Below, piece after piece: positions 17,955 to 27,209 of a stretch of 64,000 nucleotides of DNA. The translations under genes were made by a program, and so were the position numbers. The DNA is from a virus. Its lineage: Duplodnaviria; Caudoviricetes. Below the pieces are notes generated by a model that saw only the letters and a program-made list of their open reading frames with translations, was not told the DNA's origin and made no database searches. The first letter of the stretch is position 1, and each line of letters opens with the position of its first letter. The DNA is taken from the IMG/VR virus record IMGVR_UViG_3300014204_000154, positions 1 to 64,000 of that record; one strand, written 5' to 3'.

Positions 17955-19061
17955 TTAATCCTCCTCTTCTTCCAAAAATCGAAATGGGATAACATAGAAA
18001 TATGGCCAACTCCGCAAACACATTTGTCTCGATAGACCAACGGGAACACCTTCATACATCCGCGTGTAATATTTGTAAGTGGTCCGGATCGCACCGAATT
18101 GCTGTTTGAAATGAATCACGCCATCCATCCCCTCCGGGAGCGATCCGCCCCAATTCCAATACCGACAACCCATTGAAGACGCATTATAGAAGGCGTAATA
18201 GATCAAAGGGTGTAACGGATTCTGGGAACGGTATTTCAATGATATTGCTGGCGTCATATAATCCACGGTCTTGTTATAGAACTTGATTAGAAGACATGCG
18301 GCCGGATCGCCATCCATCAATGAAACAGACAATGAATAATCCTTCCCTGCTTCGAACCTATCCCGGAGGATATCAAACTCAGCCATCTTTATTGGCGCTC
18401 CAACAGCCCCCATATTTTCGGCATGCATCTGTTTCAGCAATTCAAAATCTTCGAATTGATTATACCGGATTTGGAAACGATCCAGAGAAGTTTTTATTTG
18501 ATTGCGCACCTTCTGGTTTATCATTCTCATAAACTTAGTATTGTAGTCTTGATTCATCGGAGGAATTAACGACCGCATCCCAACTCGTTCATCAATCATT
18601 AACTCCTCGAAAATACCTGTTTGTACCATCAATTCTTCCCAGGATCGGTAGAACTTATCATCCCAAGGAGGAGAGATAATAGTTGCAGAGAAACAATCAT
18701 ATTTACGCGCCAAGACATAATAAAAATAATTGATCATCATAACCTTGACACTATTAGACGTTGCTATTACTCCCGGATTTGATCCGAACCATGGCATGGA
18801 GTTCAAAACATTTCCCCTTTTGGAACGGGAGACGAAAGCCGGCAAAGCACCAACCAATCTCTTCTCTTCATCATATGCAACCAGATAGGTTGGAAAACAA
18901 GCTGGTCCATGGCCGCCAATTCCTTCGATCTGACGGCCGCTAAGAAGACATTGAAGAAACTTCCGAAACTTCAATGAGGCATTGAACATCGATGTATCAA
19001 ATGAATTGACAAAATTGATCCAATTCAGTTCGTCTTCCGGCCGCATCTCTCGGATTTCCAT
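17955..19061 (-). CDS. GNAT / FemAB-like acyl- or aminoacyl-transferase
   Basis: SMPWFGSNPG, KVRNQIK, M.AVGAP and YWNWGGS..GVIHFKQQFGA pattern typical of FemAB-like proteins in polysaccharide loci. Start moved to ATG 19061. Confidence 0.7.
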   Translation of the reverse strand: MEIREMRPEDELNWINFVNSFDTSMFNASLKFRKFLQCLLSGRQIEGIGGHGPACFPTYLVAYDEEKRLVGALPAFVSRSKRGNVLNSMPWFGSNPGVIATSNSVKVMMINYFYYVLARKYDCFSATIISPPWDDKFYRSWEELMVQTGIFEELMIDERVGMRSLIPPMNQDYNTKFMRMINQKVRNQIKTSLDRFQIRYNQFEDFELLKQMHAENMGAVGAPIKMAEFDILRDRFEAGKDYSLSVSLMDGDPAACLLIKFYNKTVDYMTPAISLKYRSQNPLHPLIYYAFYNASSMGCRYWNWGGSLPEGMDGVIHFKQQFGAIRTTYKYYTRMYEGVPVGLSRQMCLRSWPYFYVIPFRFLEEEED

Positions 19062-19062
19062 T

Positions 19063-20076
19063 TTATCTCCCCTTCTGCGAAACGTACCATGCAATGGTTC
19101 TATCTAACCCTAATTTCATCCCAATCCTATGCTCAAACCCCAGAACGTCCTTGGCCTTCAAGATGTTGGCGATATGCCGCATAACGTCTCCCGGCCGGGA
19201 AGCCTGATGTTGAATCTTTTTTGTTGTATACCCTTGACCATGCATTAAACTAACAATCTCCTGGACCAGCCAGAGGATCGAAACATCATGCCCGGAAGCA
19301 ACATTGATTATCTCTCCCTTTACTTTGCAAGGATACATTTCGGCCATCATAATCGCTGCTCGAACGGTATCGGCGACATAAATGTAATCCCGCGTCTGAT
19401 GGCCGTCGCCGAAGATAACCGGCGCTTTCCCATCCAAGATCCGATTGATGGTTAATGGAATTATCCCAGCATAGGAACCCGCGTTCTGGCGCGGACCATA
19501 GTTGTTAAATGGTCGAATGATTGAAATGTTGCAGCCGAAGGTCCGGACATACGACATACAGATCAAATCTCCAGCCGCCTTGCTGGCCGCATATGGCGTG
19601 GACGCTTCCAGCGGGTGCTTCTCGCACATGGGTTCATATTGAGCTGTCCCATAGACTTCCGAAGAGGAGAAGTGGATCAAACGTTGAAATCTCCCCTTCC
19701 AAAGTATATAACAAAGATTGTTAACAATAGCGACATCTGCATCAATATTTTGACGCGGTTGAGTTAGTGATTGCGGAAGAGGCAAGACGGCAAGATTGAA
19801 AACAATCTCTGGAGAAATACGTTTGATAAACCCAGACAGTTCCATCAAATCACAGGCATCTATCTTTGCAAATGGAACTGCATCTGATAAAAAATTCCCT
19901 CTGGTCCATGAATTCATTGCGACAATCTCTTTGGGAAGGTTTTCCAACTTCCCTAAAGACAAATCATCGACAACAGAAACCTTGGCACCAACTGCCAACA
20001 ATCCATCAACAAGATGCGATCCAATAAATCCCGCACCCCCAACAACTAGCACTTTCTTCCCGGATAGGCTTTCCAT
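19063..20076 (-). CDS. NAD-dependent nucleotide-sugar epimerase/dehydratase (extended SDR)
   Basis: GGAGFIGSH, FSSSEVYG, YAASK, RPFNNYGP, DGHQTRDYIYV and RPGDV. Confidence 0.9.
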   Translation of the reverse strand: MESLSGKKVLVVGGAGFIGSHLVDGLLAVGAKVSVVDDLSLGKLENLPKEIVAMNSWTRGNFLSDAVPFAKIDACDLMELSGFIKRISPEIVFNLAVLPLPQSLTQPRQNIDADVAIVNNLCYILWKGRFQRLIHFSSSEVYGTAQYEPMCEKHPLEASTPYAASKAAGDLICMSYVRTFGCNISIIRPFNNYGPRQNAGSYAGIIPLTINRILDGKAPVIFGDGHQTRDYIYVADTVRAAIMMAEMYPCKVKGEIINVASGHDVSILWLVQEIVSLMHGQGYTTKKIQHQASRPGDVMRHIANILKAKDVLGFEHRIGMKLGLDRTIAWYVSQKGR

Positions 20077-20328
20077 ATCACCCCCCTACATTTTAGTCTG
20101 AAGTTATTATACCGTGGATGAGGGTTTTCTTTGAATTTAATCGATTTTGGACGTGGATGGGATTGAATGGGGGAATATTTTTTATACCTGAAAAAATCAC
20201 ACAATCTCATTAACTCATGAAATGAAATGCCACTATAAGAAAGAGAAAAGCTGCCCAATATTGAATCATTGGCGCAATCTTCATCTCCAACAACACTACA
20301 TGTTGCGGGATAATATGGTGCCATATTA

Positions 20329-20613
20329 TCAATCTCCCCAGACTTGATTCTGCGGATCTACGAAATGATGGAACATTCCCTGACCCACCATTTCGGCATC
20401 GGCGAAGATTGGCCCCATTCCCGGTTCATCCAGCTGCATCTGGACGCTGATCAATTCCGTATATTCCACGATCCGACCGTCAACCAGTTCCGCAAAGGTC
20501 CGGTCCCGGCCTTCGTCCCTGAGCTTGCGCCATTGAAGCTTCGAAAAATACAGATCCCCCGTAATGTCCACCTTCGATCTTACCACACCCAACTGAACTC
20601 CTGCCATCGTCAA
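20329..20613 (-). CDS. Hypothetical protein (94 aa)
   Basis: ATGA-coupled to the aminotransferase stop. Confidence 0.55.
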   Translation of the reverse strand: MTMAGVQLGVVRSKVDITGDLYFSKLQWRKLRDEGRDRTFAELVDGRIVEYTELISVQMQLDEPGMGPIFADAEMVGQGMFHHFVDPQNQVWGD

Positions 20614-22481
20614 TTCCCTTTCCCCGTTATCCCCAGATTGTTGACCACAAGATTCTGAAACATTGGCAACGATATCGCGTTGTCAAACAAAAGATCTGAA
20701 ATGGGAAATGTTGCCCCTTTTCGAATATATTTCTGAAACAGCGGCTGACGATGGCATGCATAAGTTCCAATCCCCGTCTCCATTCCCTGAGTACCAAACC
20801 ACTTGATTGCTTCGTCCCTGTTCCAGTTCTTTAGAAGGCAAACGAAAGATTGATACGCATGCCGTTTATTGGCAAGCGCTACCGGAGGAATGATTTCAAA
20901 CTCTCCTCCATCTGGCCGCAACCAAGTCGCTGCTTCGATAATCCTCCGCCAGTCGTTTGCGATCTTCTGACGTTCTTCAATAATTGAATCCAGCCGGCGC
21001 ATCTGAGCCACACCGATGGCTGCGGTCAAATCGCTCATTTTGAAGTTGAATCCCATCTCCGTGAAGGAAGGGACAGCCCCCCGGCCATGAGCATCTTCTA
21101 TGCCAAAGTTTGAGGCTTTTCTGACATAGTCTGCGATGGCTTTATCGTCAGTCGTAATAAAGCCGCCTTCTCCGGTGGTCAAAACCTTCCGGGCATGAAG
21201 AGAGAAGCAACCAACGTCGCCCAATTTCCCAGCCGGAAATCCGAAGTGTCTGGCCCCCAGAGCGCAAGCCGCATCTTCGACCACCTTCAAGCCAAATCTC
21301 TTCGCCAATGAGGTAATGACCTGAATGTCAACCATCTGGCCAAAGAGGTGGACCGGGATGATGGCCACAGTCTTGTCCGTAATCTCACGGGTGATCAAAT
21401 CGATATCGATGTTGTATGTCCTTTCGTTCACATCGACAAAGACCGGCTTCAACCCCGCCATGATAACCGCCAGCGCCGTTGCCGGGAAGGTATAGTCAGG
21501 CACGATGACCTCCGATCCCTTCTTGAACCCGAAAGCCATCAGGGAAAGGTACAGTGCCGCAGTACAGTTGGAAACCGTCACAGCGTACTGACACCCCGTC
21601 TCGGCACAAATCATCGCTTCCAATTCGGCGCACTTGGGTCCGCGGGATACCCACCCCGAAACCATGACCTTGCGAACCTCCTCAAGATCATCAACCTCGA
21701 AATATGGTCTAGCTAATGGAATCATATAATCATCCTCCTTTCGATTGCAAAAACCATTCTTGTCGCAATCCTCTTCAGAAACTCCAGCCCGAATAAGACT
21801 GCCCCGATCCCTACATGAACGAATTGAAATATCAATACCCATCGGATGGGCCAATAAAAGCTTTCTTCCATCGCTCAACGATGCTCTCATTGCAAGATAT
21901 TCTTCCCCATGCTCCCCCAGACACGCACCAAGATCCTCCAAATGAAGAATCTTCGGCTTCATGATTTCTCCTCTTTCGCATTGAACACATGGCAAAATGA
22001 TCCGCCGCGCTGGATTCCCAATAACCCTCCATCCAGATGGGATATCCTCTGTCACAATTGTCCCAGCTCCAATCAGTGCCTTCTCTCCAATCACAACGCC
22101 TGGAAGAATTACAGATCCAGCGCCGATAGAAGCGCCTTGCTGAACCAATATCTTTCCCCAGCCATCCTTTCCCTTCGAAGGAGGATATTTGTCATTGGTA
22201 AAAACGCAGCCCGGCCCGATAAAACAATCATCTTCGATTGTCACGCCTTCTGGAATAAAACAATGAGCAGCGATGCGAACGCAATTGCCGATAACAACTC
22301 CAGGACCAATCTCAACGAAAGATCCGATATTACAATTGGCGCCAATGATACAATTGCCATAAATATTGCAAAGTTTTGGATGCCAGATTTTTGTTGTTCT
22401 ATGAATCCATGGTCCGAGAGGATCATATGATGGATTGTAGCTAGTATTGATATGATTGAAAGGAAAAGGAGGGTTGTTCAT
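20610..22481 (-). CDS. In-frame fusion: LbH N-acetyltransferase (WbpD/WlbB-like) + 79-aa unknown + DegT-family sugar aminotransferase (WbpE/WlbC-like)
   Basis: Hexapeptide repeats and FTNDKYP in aa 1-170; DAACALGA and FSLHARKVLTTGEGG (PLP Lys) from aa 253. Internal SD+ATG sites at 21962 and 21725. Confidence 0.9.
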   Translation of the reverse strand: MNNPPFPFNHINTSYNPSYDPLGPWIHRTTKIWHPKLCNIYGNCIIGANCNIGSFVEIGPGVVIGNCVRIAAHCFIPEGVTIEDDCFIGPGCVFTNDKYPPSKGKDGWGKILVQQGASIGAGSVILPGVVIGEKALIGAGTIVTEDIPSGWRVIGNPARRIILPCVQCERGEIMKPKILHLEDLGACLGEHGEEYLAMRASLSDGRKLLLAHPMGIDISIRSCRDRGSLIRAGVSEEDCDKNGFCNRKEDDYMIPLARPYFEVDDLEEVRKVMVSGWVSRGPKCAELEAMICAETGCQYAVTVSNCTAALYLSLMAFGFKKGSEVIVPDYTFPATALAVIMAGLKPVFVDVNERTYNIDIDLITREITDKTVAIIPVHLFGQMVDIQVITSLAKRFGLKVVEDAACALGARHFGFPAGKLGDVGCFSLHARKVLTTGEGGFITTDDKAIADYVRKASNFGIEDAHGRGAVPSFTEMGFNFKMSDLTAAIGVAQMRRLDSIIEERQKIANDWRRIIEAATWLRPDGGEFEIIPPVALANKRHAYQSFVCLLKNWNRDEAIKWFGTQGMETGIGTYACHRQPLFQKYIRKGATFPISDLLFDNAISLPMFQNLVVNNLGITGKGN

Positions 22482-22501
22482 ATTATCGAGTCTCCATTTT
22501 A

Positions 22502-22605
22502 TGGTTCATAGGAAAGGATTTGAACCTTTAATGCGCTGGTTTTGGCTACAGTTAAGATTGGTGGATTTCACGGTCGTTCTCATTTATGGTAGTTTAAACC
22601 TATGG
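22502..22605 (-). ncRNA. tRNA-like element or degenerate tRNA (possible CCA anticodon)
   Basis: Acceptor CCATAGG/CCTATGA (6 pairs plus C1.A72), T-arm AAAGG-TTCAAAT-CCTTT, encoded ACCA end. No recognisable D-arm, an imperfect anticodon stem, and 104 nt long. Confidence 0.4.
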
Positions 22606-22652
22606 GTTGCTTGCCATATTTGATCTATCACCAATCTCATATTATATAAAAT

Positions 22653-22729
22653 TGGTCGAGGCGGCAGGATTTGAACCTGCGACATCTTGCTCCCAAAGCA
22701 AGCGCGCTACCGGGCTGCGCCACGCCCCG
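22653..22729 (-). tRNA. trnP: tRNA-Pro (TGG)
   Basis: CGGGGCG/CGCCTCG acceptor, CTTGC-TTTGGGA-GCAAG anticodon arm, GCAGG-TTCAAAT-CCTGC T-arm and encoded CCA; 77 nt. Confidence 0.95.
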
Positions 22730-22741
22730 GTTTAAAACAAT

Positions 22742-22790
22742 GCCTTCCGGAGGTAAAGTGTTTCAATCAATAATAACTCCTCCGGAAGGC
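22742..22790. repeat. 12-bp perfect inverted repeat just upstream of tRNA-Pro
   Basis: GCCTTCCGGAGG (22742-22753) and CCTCCGGAAGGC (22779-22790). Confidence 0.8.
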
Positions 22791-22931
22791 CAAAGAACAT
22801 CGTCATAATCCCCAAAAGGTGCGTATGGCCGCCGCCTCTAGTTAATCATTGGTCGATCCTCCATATTCAAGTTGCTTATAATGGCCCTTTTTGATCATTT
22901 CATTCCTGCTTTTATTCAACCGGATAAAGAT

Positions 22932-22942
22932 ATTATACCCTG
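22932..22942 (-). promoter_or_regulatory. CAGGGTATAAT promoter motif upstream of the tRNAs and sugar operon
   Basis: Minus strand AAAAGCAGGGTATAAT; the same 11-mer occurs at 50759-50769. Confidence 0.55.
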
Positions 22943-22954
22943 CTTTTCTGTTTC

Positions 22955-23944
22955 TTAATAGATATTTTTCGCCCCAATAAAACCATTCTGTTGCGCTTGA
23001 CGATTCATTATCAAATCAATCAGGTACATATACCTCTTGATGATCGTGCGTGTATTGAAATTGGTGTAGGCAAAATCCTGACTCTCCTGACTCAAGAGGA
23101 GTCTCTGCTGAAAATCCATATGACAGATTTCCCAGATCTTCTGTTTCAACGTTTCTTTCTTGATATGGATCGTCGGTGATTCCGGATACATGGAGAGAAT
23201 CCACGGATCAAGACAACTCATGACCAGATGACCCATCAGCATCGACTCAATTCCGGAGATGCCCCATGCTCCGTGAAGACTGGTGAAAGTGACCCAACTG
23301 GCCCTTTTCCGATCAAGGCAAGCTTCGTTCTTGATCCCCTGGATAACGTCCAATTCAACCTTCTCCCCTTCCGCCCGAAGTTCATCAACCGCCTTTTTCA
23401 GAAGATCATACCTCTTCAGCGGCGATCCAGCTGACCCACAACAGATCCTGACCGGCTTTCTATCTTCCATAATGGAAGGGTCAATCCCCGGCAAGTCGCA
23501 AAACGGCATATCCCCATACCGTGTAAAGTATGATCCCAAATGGTAGAAAGCACCGGGAAGGAGAGAGGCAATGGACCAGTCTGTGCCGGCGATCGCTGCG
23601 ATTCCAGAATTGGCATGAAATTTGGCAATCTCTCCCGGATTGTTTCGCAACTCTGATCCATAGTATTTGATACAGCAATTGTCCTTCGTAATGATCTTGT
23701 TCCAATCGATTCCCGGCCATCCGATAATACCCCGGCCAAAGTGGAAGAAATCGCACTGCTTCACCCATGCAGTCGCTTCTTCCATCGCTTCCTTCGTATT
23801 GACAATAATGTCCCTATCATATGACAGGAAATCGTCTGTTCCAATGATGCATCTGGCCTGATGCGGAGTGTACTTGTTGATGGCCCTCATAAGCGCCGTT
23901 GGCTGTCCCGCAATATTGTAGTCGCTGATGATTGCTATCTTCAT
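22955..23944 (-). CDS. GT-B glycosyltransferase (GT4-like)
   Basis: CDFFHF, YYGSELR, SPLKRYD and GAWGISGIESMLMG (Ex7-type sugar-binding region). Confidence 0.7.
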   Translation of the reverse strand: MKIAIISDYNIAGQPTALMRAINKYTPHQARCIIGTDDFLSYDRDIIVNTKEAMEEATAWVKQCDFFHFGRGIIGWPGIDWNKIITKDNCCIKYYGSELRNNPGEIAKFHANSGIAAIAGTDWSIASLLPGAFYHLGSYFTRYGDMPFCDLPGIDPSIMEDRKPVRICCGSAGSPLKRYDLLKKAVDELRAEGEKVELDVIQGIKNEACLDRKRASWVTFTSLHGAWGISGIESMLMGHLVMSCLDPWILSMYPESPTIHIKKETLKQKIWEICHMDFQQRLLLSQESQDFAYTNFNTRTIIKRYMYLIDLIMNRQAQQNGFIGAKNIY

Positions 23945-24068
23945 AAAAATAACCTCCTCAATGCCGAATCAAATATGGCATCAAGATGTTCGAACGCGGA
24001 AATGGCACCCAATATAATCAAGCACCATTTAATGATTTTGCCCAATCCGCTGCGAAACGTCTTGTGAG

Positions 24069-24293
24069 TCATGAGCGAACCTTCCCTTTCGAAAGACGCA
24101 TTGGCCAATCATGGATCATTGGATCGCATTTTTGATCCACGCCCCTAAGATTCATAAATTCTTTCAATGCTTCTACCATTGGCGCCGCATTACTGGAAGA
24201 GGAACAAATCAATTTCTCTTTGCGGGTGGTTAAAAAACCCGCAAAGTCGAATAAAACCCCAGATACAACATGGTCCAAAGATTCTTGACTCAT
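24069..24293 (-). CDS. Hypothetical protein
   Basis: Likely start ATG 24293 (MSQESLD...), within ORF-track 24069..24437. Confidence 0.5.
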   Translation of the reverse strand: MSQESLDHVVSGVLFDFAGFLTTRKEKLICSSSSNAAPMVEALKEFMNLRGVDQKCDPMIHDWPMRLSKGKVRS

Positions 24294-24310
24294 CTCTTTC
24301 TCCTTTTCAT

Positions 24311-24535
24311 TTATACCCCGAACCACCGGAGGATCTTGATAAGCATGTTGAGTAAATCCAGAACTGTCTGGACTATGCCAACAATGACCAGATATGAAAT
24401 GGCCATCTTGACACCAAACTCTTTCCAGGCAACCCACTTTCCCCGAACCTGCTTAAACTTCACTCTCAACTCAATCTTCATTTCATCACCCCATTCATCT
24501 TCAGGATAATCTCCGTGATCCAGGACGGCCACCAT
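24311..24535 (-). CDS. Small hypothetical protein with a hydrophobic C-terminal segment
   Basis: MAISYLVIVGIVQTVLDLLNMLIKIL is a possible TM helix. Confidence 0.4.
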   Translation of the reverse strand: MVAVLDHGDYPEDEWGDEMKIELRVKFKQVRGKWVAWKEFGVKMAISYLVIVGIVQTVLDLLNMLIKILRWFGV

Positions 24536-25191
24536 TTATGGAGAAGGATAGCGTTGGGAATAATACAGTGTCCACCAATATTGCCAAGAGGAGCATGAAG
24601 AATATAACGCTGGTATTCTGGAACCCCCATGGCGCGATTCAGAGCATTGTAGTCTGAATCATACTCCATAATCCGATCATAATCCATCCCGATCATTTTT
24701 GCAGCCTTCCGGGATTGACGCGCAAACTCAATTGCCAGCCCATAAGCAGCGGTGGATCTGAGCTTCAAATATTCGGTTTGGCGGCTATCTTCCAACACTT
24801 TGACTTGAAACCCGACTTCCTGAAAGAACCAAACCGCCGTTTCATCCTGCGGAGCCATCCAGCGGGGCCAATGGAACATATAGCTGGCCATATTGTTGCT
24901 GTGCAGCGCCTCTATCGGGGAATGCACAGCGCCCAACTTTCGGCAAGTCCCCACCGGAACGGTAGAAAAGACGATGGTGACGATTGGCAAAAATCTCTCC
25001 TGCAATTTCTTAACGTCTTTTACAAAATTACTGGACCATGGAATGGCGATTAACAAAACCTCATCGCGGAAGGAAAAGCTGTCCACCACATATCCCTTCA
25101 CCGGATCGTGGAATCGAAGAGAATGGATATGTTTCATTGAATCAAAAAGACAATGGCCAACTTCTCCAGCGCCAACAATAATGCCTTTCAT
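24478..25191 (-). CDS. Compact UDP-sugar 6-dehydrogenase (UDP-glucose/GDP-mannose dehydrogenase family)
   Basis: GAGEVG, STVPVGT, HSP, EYLKL (catalytic Lys region) and IGGHCII (catalytic Cys). Only 237 aa. Confidence 0.8.
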   Translation of the reverse strand: MKGIIVGAGEVGHCLFDSMKHIHSLRFHDPVKGYVVDSFSFRDEVLLIAIPWSSNFVKDVKKLQERFLPIVTIVFSTVPVGTCRKLGAVHSPIEALHSNNMASYMFHWPRWMAPQDETAVWFFQEVGFQVKVLEDSRQTEYLKLRSTAAYGLAIEFARQSRKAAKMIGMDYDRIMEYDSDYNALNRAMGVPEYQRYILHAPLGNIGGHCIIPNAILLHKWWPSWITEIILKMNGVMK

Positions 25192-25605
25192 CTATCGTCT
25201 TGCCTCCTGAGTCTGAGTCTTTGATAACACCTTTGTCATCTCCTTCTCTGCTTGTTGTTCCTGGCGAATCCGCAAACAGATATCAAGGAGACCCTTTCTA
25301 GCGACCAGCACCACAGCCCAGATAGCGACACAACGGGCGCAGAAAGATCCGAAGACTTCCTTGACTCCAAAGAATGGAATGATGTGGCGCGGATCGGAAA
25401 CTGCCGCCACTGGCGCTTCGCCCTTCTTTTTAAGCTTCGCCTTCTTCTTGGCTTCCTCCACCGCTTCCTTGATTGTATTGAAATTGATCATTGGCTGGAA
25501 ATAGATCCGGAGAGGGACCGATTTGCTGTTCAAACAACGTGGGCATGAATCTCCATCAAACAATTCGTCGCAATCCAAGCAAATCTTGGCTGTTGATACT
25601 TTCAT
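25192..25605 (-). CDS. Hypothetical protein with an N-terminal Zn ribbon
   Basis: CLDC..CPRC. Confidence 0.55.
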   Translation of the reverse strand: MKVSTAKICLDCDELFDGDSCPRCLNSKSVPLRIYFQPMINFNTIKEAVEEAKKKAKLKKKGEAPVAAVSDPRHIIPFFGVKEVFGSFCARCVAIWAVVLVARKGLLDICLRIRQEQQAEKEMTKVLSKTQTQEARR

Positions 25606-25697
25606 CGATCAAATCCTCCTTAACAGAATAACAGGGAAATCAAATCAAGTCCCGGTCTTGACTAAATTATAACCCTGCTTTTGAAGATTCGCCGATT

Positions 25698-25898
25698 TTA
25701 TTTGTCCCTCTTGATTGATGGCTTAGCCGCGGGGATAAGCTCCAGCGCCTGATCCACCAGACCCGCCAGCGCCGGAATGGTCCCCGTTGCCTCTCTGGCC
25801 ATATCCTCGAAAGTGTTGTTGGGTTTCTTCCTCAGCGCGTTCCACTTCGCCACCGCCGCATCCGCCGCTTCCTTGATCTTCCGTTTCTCCTCTTCCAT
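25698..25898 (-). CDS. Hypothetical protein
   Basis: ATG 25898 spaced correctly from GGAGG. Confidence 0.5.
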   Translation of the reverse strand: MEEEKRKIKEAADAAVAKWNALRKKPNNTFEDMAREATGTIPALAGLVDQALELIPAAKPSIKRDK

Positions 25899-25900
25899 TT

Positions 25901-26338
25901 TCATTCCTCCATGATTTTCAAAATTTTGTTTTCCCATTCAAATGTGTATACAACCGCAATCCCGGCGTTGATTATCATTCTCGAACAGAGAAGGCATGGC
26001 TTGGCACAAATCAAATTTCCTGACACCATATCCTTCCCAACCAGATATAGCGTTGAACCAATGCACCGTTCTCTTCCCGCTGCGATAATGGCGTTGGATT
26101 CGGCATGAACGCTGACGCAAAGCTCATAACGTTCTCCCGGCTTCGCACCAACCTCGTTCCGTTTACAAGTATGAATATCACAACAATTTGTCTCTCCCCG
26201 CGGCGCTCCTGTATATCCAGTGCTGACAATTTGATCGTTTTTTACGATAACAGCGCCGTAATTCCGTCTAATACAAGTGCCACGCTCCAGAACAATCGTG
26301 GCAATCCGCATATAATATTCGATCTTGGATGGTCTCAT
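25901..26338 (-). CDS. dCMP deaminase (ComEB-like)
   Basis: RGTCIRRNYGAVIV, STGYTG, HAESNAI and PCLLC zinc motifs. Confidence 0.9.
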   Translation of the reverse strand: MRPSKIEYYMRIATIVLERGTCIRRNYGAVIVKNDQIVSTGYTGAPRGETNCCDIHTCKRNEVGAKPGERYELCVSVHAESNAIIAAGRERCIGSTLYLVGKDMVSGNLICAKPCLLCSRMIINAGIAVVYTFEWENKILKIMEE

Positions 26339-26970
26339 TTGTTTACCTTTTCAACGTTCTTTGCCTCGATGGCAAATTCCGCGTAAGTTGATTGATGCAT
26401 CCTCCTGCCCCAATCCTCATCTTCTTCCATCGGGTGCGGCTCCATTGAACACAACATATCAATGCCACGGATCATAACGCAAAGAATCTTGTGAGTTTTC
26501 TCGTTCCCTAGCTCTGGCGGTTCATATTCTGGCTGTGAATCCCACGTTCCACTACTCCATCCGCCAGAATAATAATTGCCTGTCTTCACAATGAAAGAAT
26601 CGACCACTTCAAGGATCGCACCTTTTAGGTGTGGTTTATCTGCGGTTATAATCCGCCTTTCCCGGCCACCAAACCCCTTCTGCTTGAGATATGCATAAGC
26701 CACCCCTCTCATGATTTCCTTATATTGTTTGGAAGCGGTTAGATCAATCTCCTGCATCATTAGCAATTTGAATCTGACCGGATTTTCCTCTTTGGGATCA
26801 ACTCCATTGTTAAAGACTTTTCGAATCAGGCGCAGAACGTCCTCTTTATAGATCTGTTCCACCTCCTTAAATGCCCCAAAAAGAGACAGCGGATAGCCGC
26901 ACCTTACATATGTTAGCGGTTCTATGACCCGTACCCTGTCCCCAACCCTTATGATGTCTTTACGGCCCAT
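26335..26970 (-). CDS. Hypothetical protein (211 aa)
   Basis: ORF coupled by an ATGA overlap to the deaminase. Confidence 0.6.
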   Translation of the reverse strand: MGRKDIIRVGDRVRVIEPLTYVRCGYPLSLFGAFKEVEQIYKEDVLRLIRKVFNNGVDPKEENPVRFKLLMMQEIDLTASKQYKEIMRGVAYAYLKQKGFGGRERRIITADKPHLKGAILEVVDSFIVKTGNYYSGGWSSGTWDSQPEYEPPELGNEKTHKILCVMIRGIDMLCSMEPHPMEEDEDWGRRMHQSTYAEFAIEAKNVEKVNK

Positions 26971-26982
26971 TTTTCGATCCTT

Positions 26983-27204
26983 TCACTGAACCGTAATTGG
27001 CCCAGCTGAATTCTGTTTTTCTTCCAAATATACATCGATGCTAATCGATGGGCAAATAATTCCTTTTTTCCCACTCCGAACATTAAGCATATCAAGCAGC
27101 TTTTGCATTTCCTCTCGGCAATGCTGGAATTGTTTCTTTAATTCCGGATCGGAGATAATCAGAGATTCCATCCAATAAGCTTCTTGTTCTTCTTTTGTTG
27201 ACAA
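26983..27204 (-). CDS. Hypothetical protein
   Basis: 73-aa ORF with SD AAGGAG. Confidence 0.5.
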   Translation of the reverse strand: MSTKEEQEAYWMESLIISDPELKKQFQHCREEMQKLLDMLNVRSGKKGIICPSISIDVYLEEKQNSAGPITVQ

Positions 27205-27209
27205 TGTAT

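Noticed and set aside
20046-20324. 92-aa ORF between the aminotransferase-linked gene and the SDR
   Set aside because: No recognisable motif, overlaps the next gene out of frame and contains a promoter-like GGTATAAT near 20106; may be non-coding, so not called.
22653-22729. tRNA-Pro as an att site marking a prophage boundary
   Set aside because: Phage-type genes continue on both sides, there is no duplicated tRNA 3' end and no nearby integrase.
15316-25191. Classical gtrABC-type O-antigen seroconversion cassette
   Set aside because: No bactoprenol flippase, membrane GT or multi-TM acyltransferase; the enzymes look cytoplasmic.
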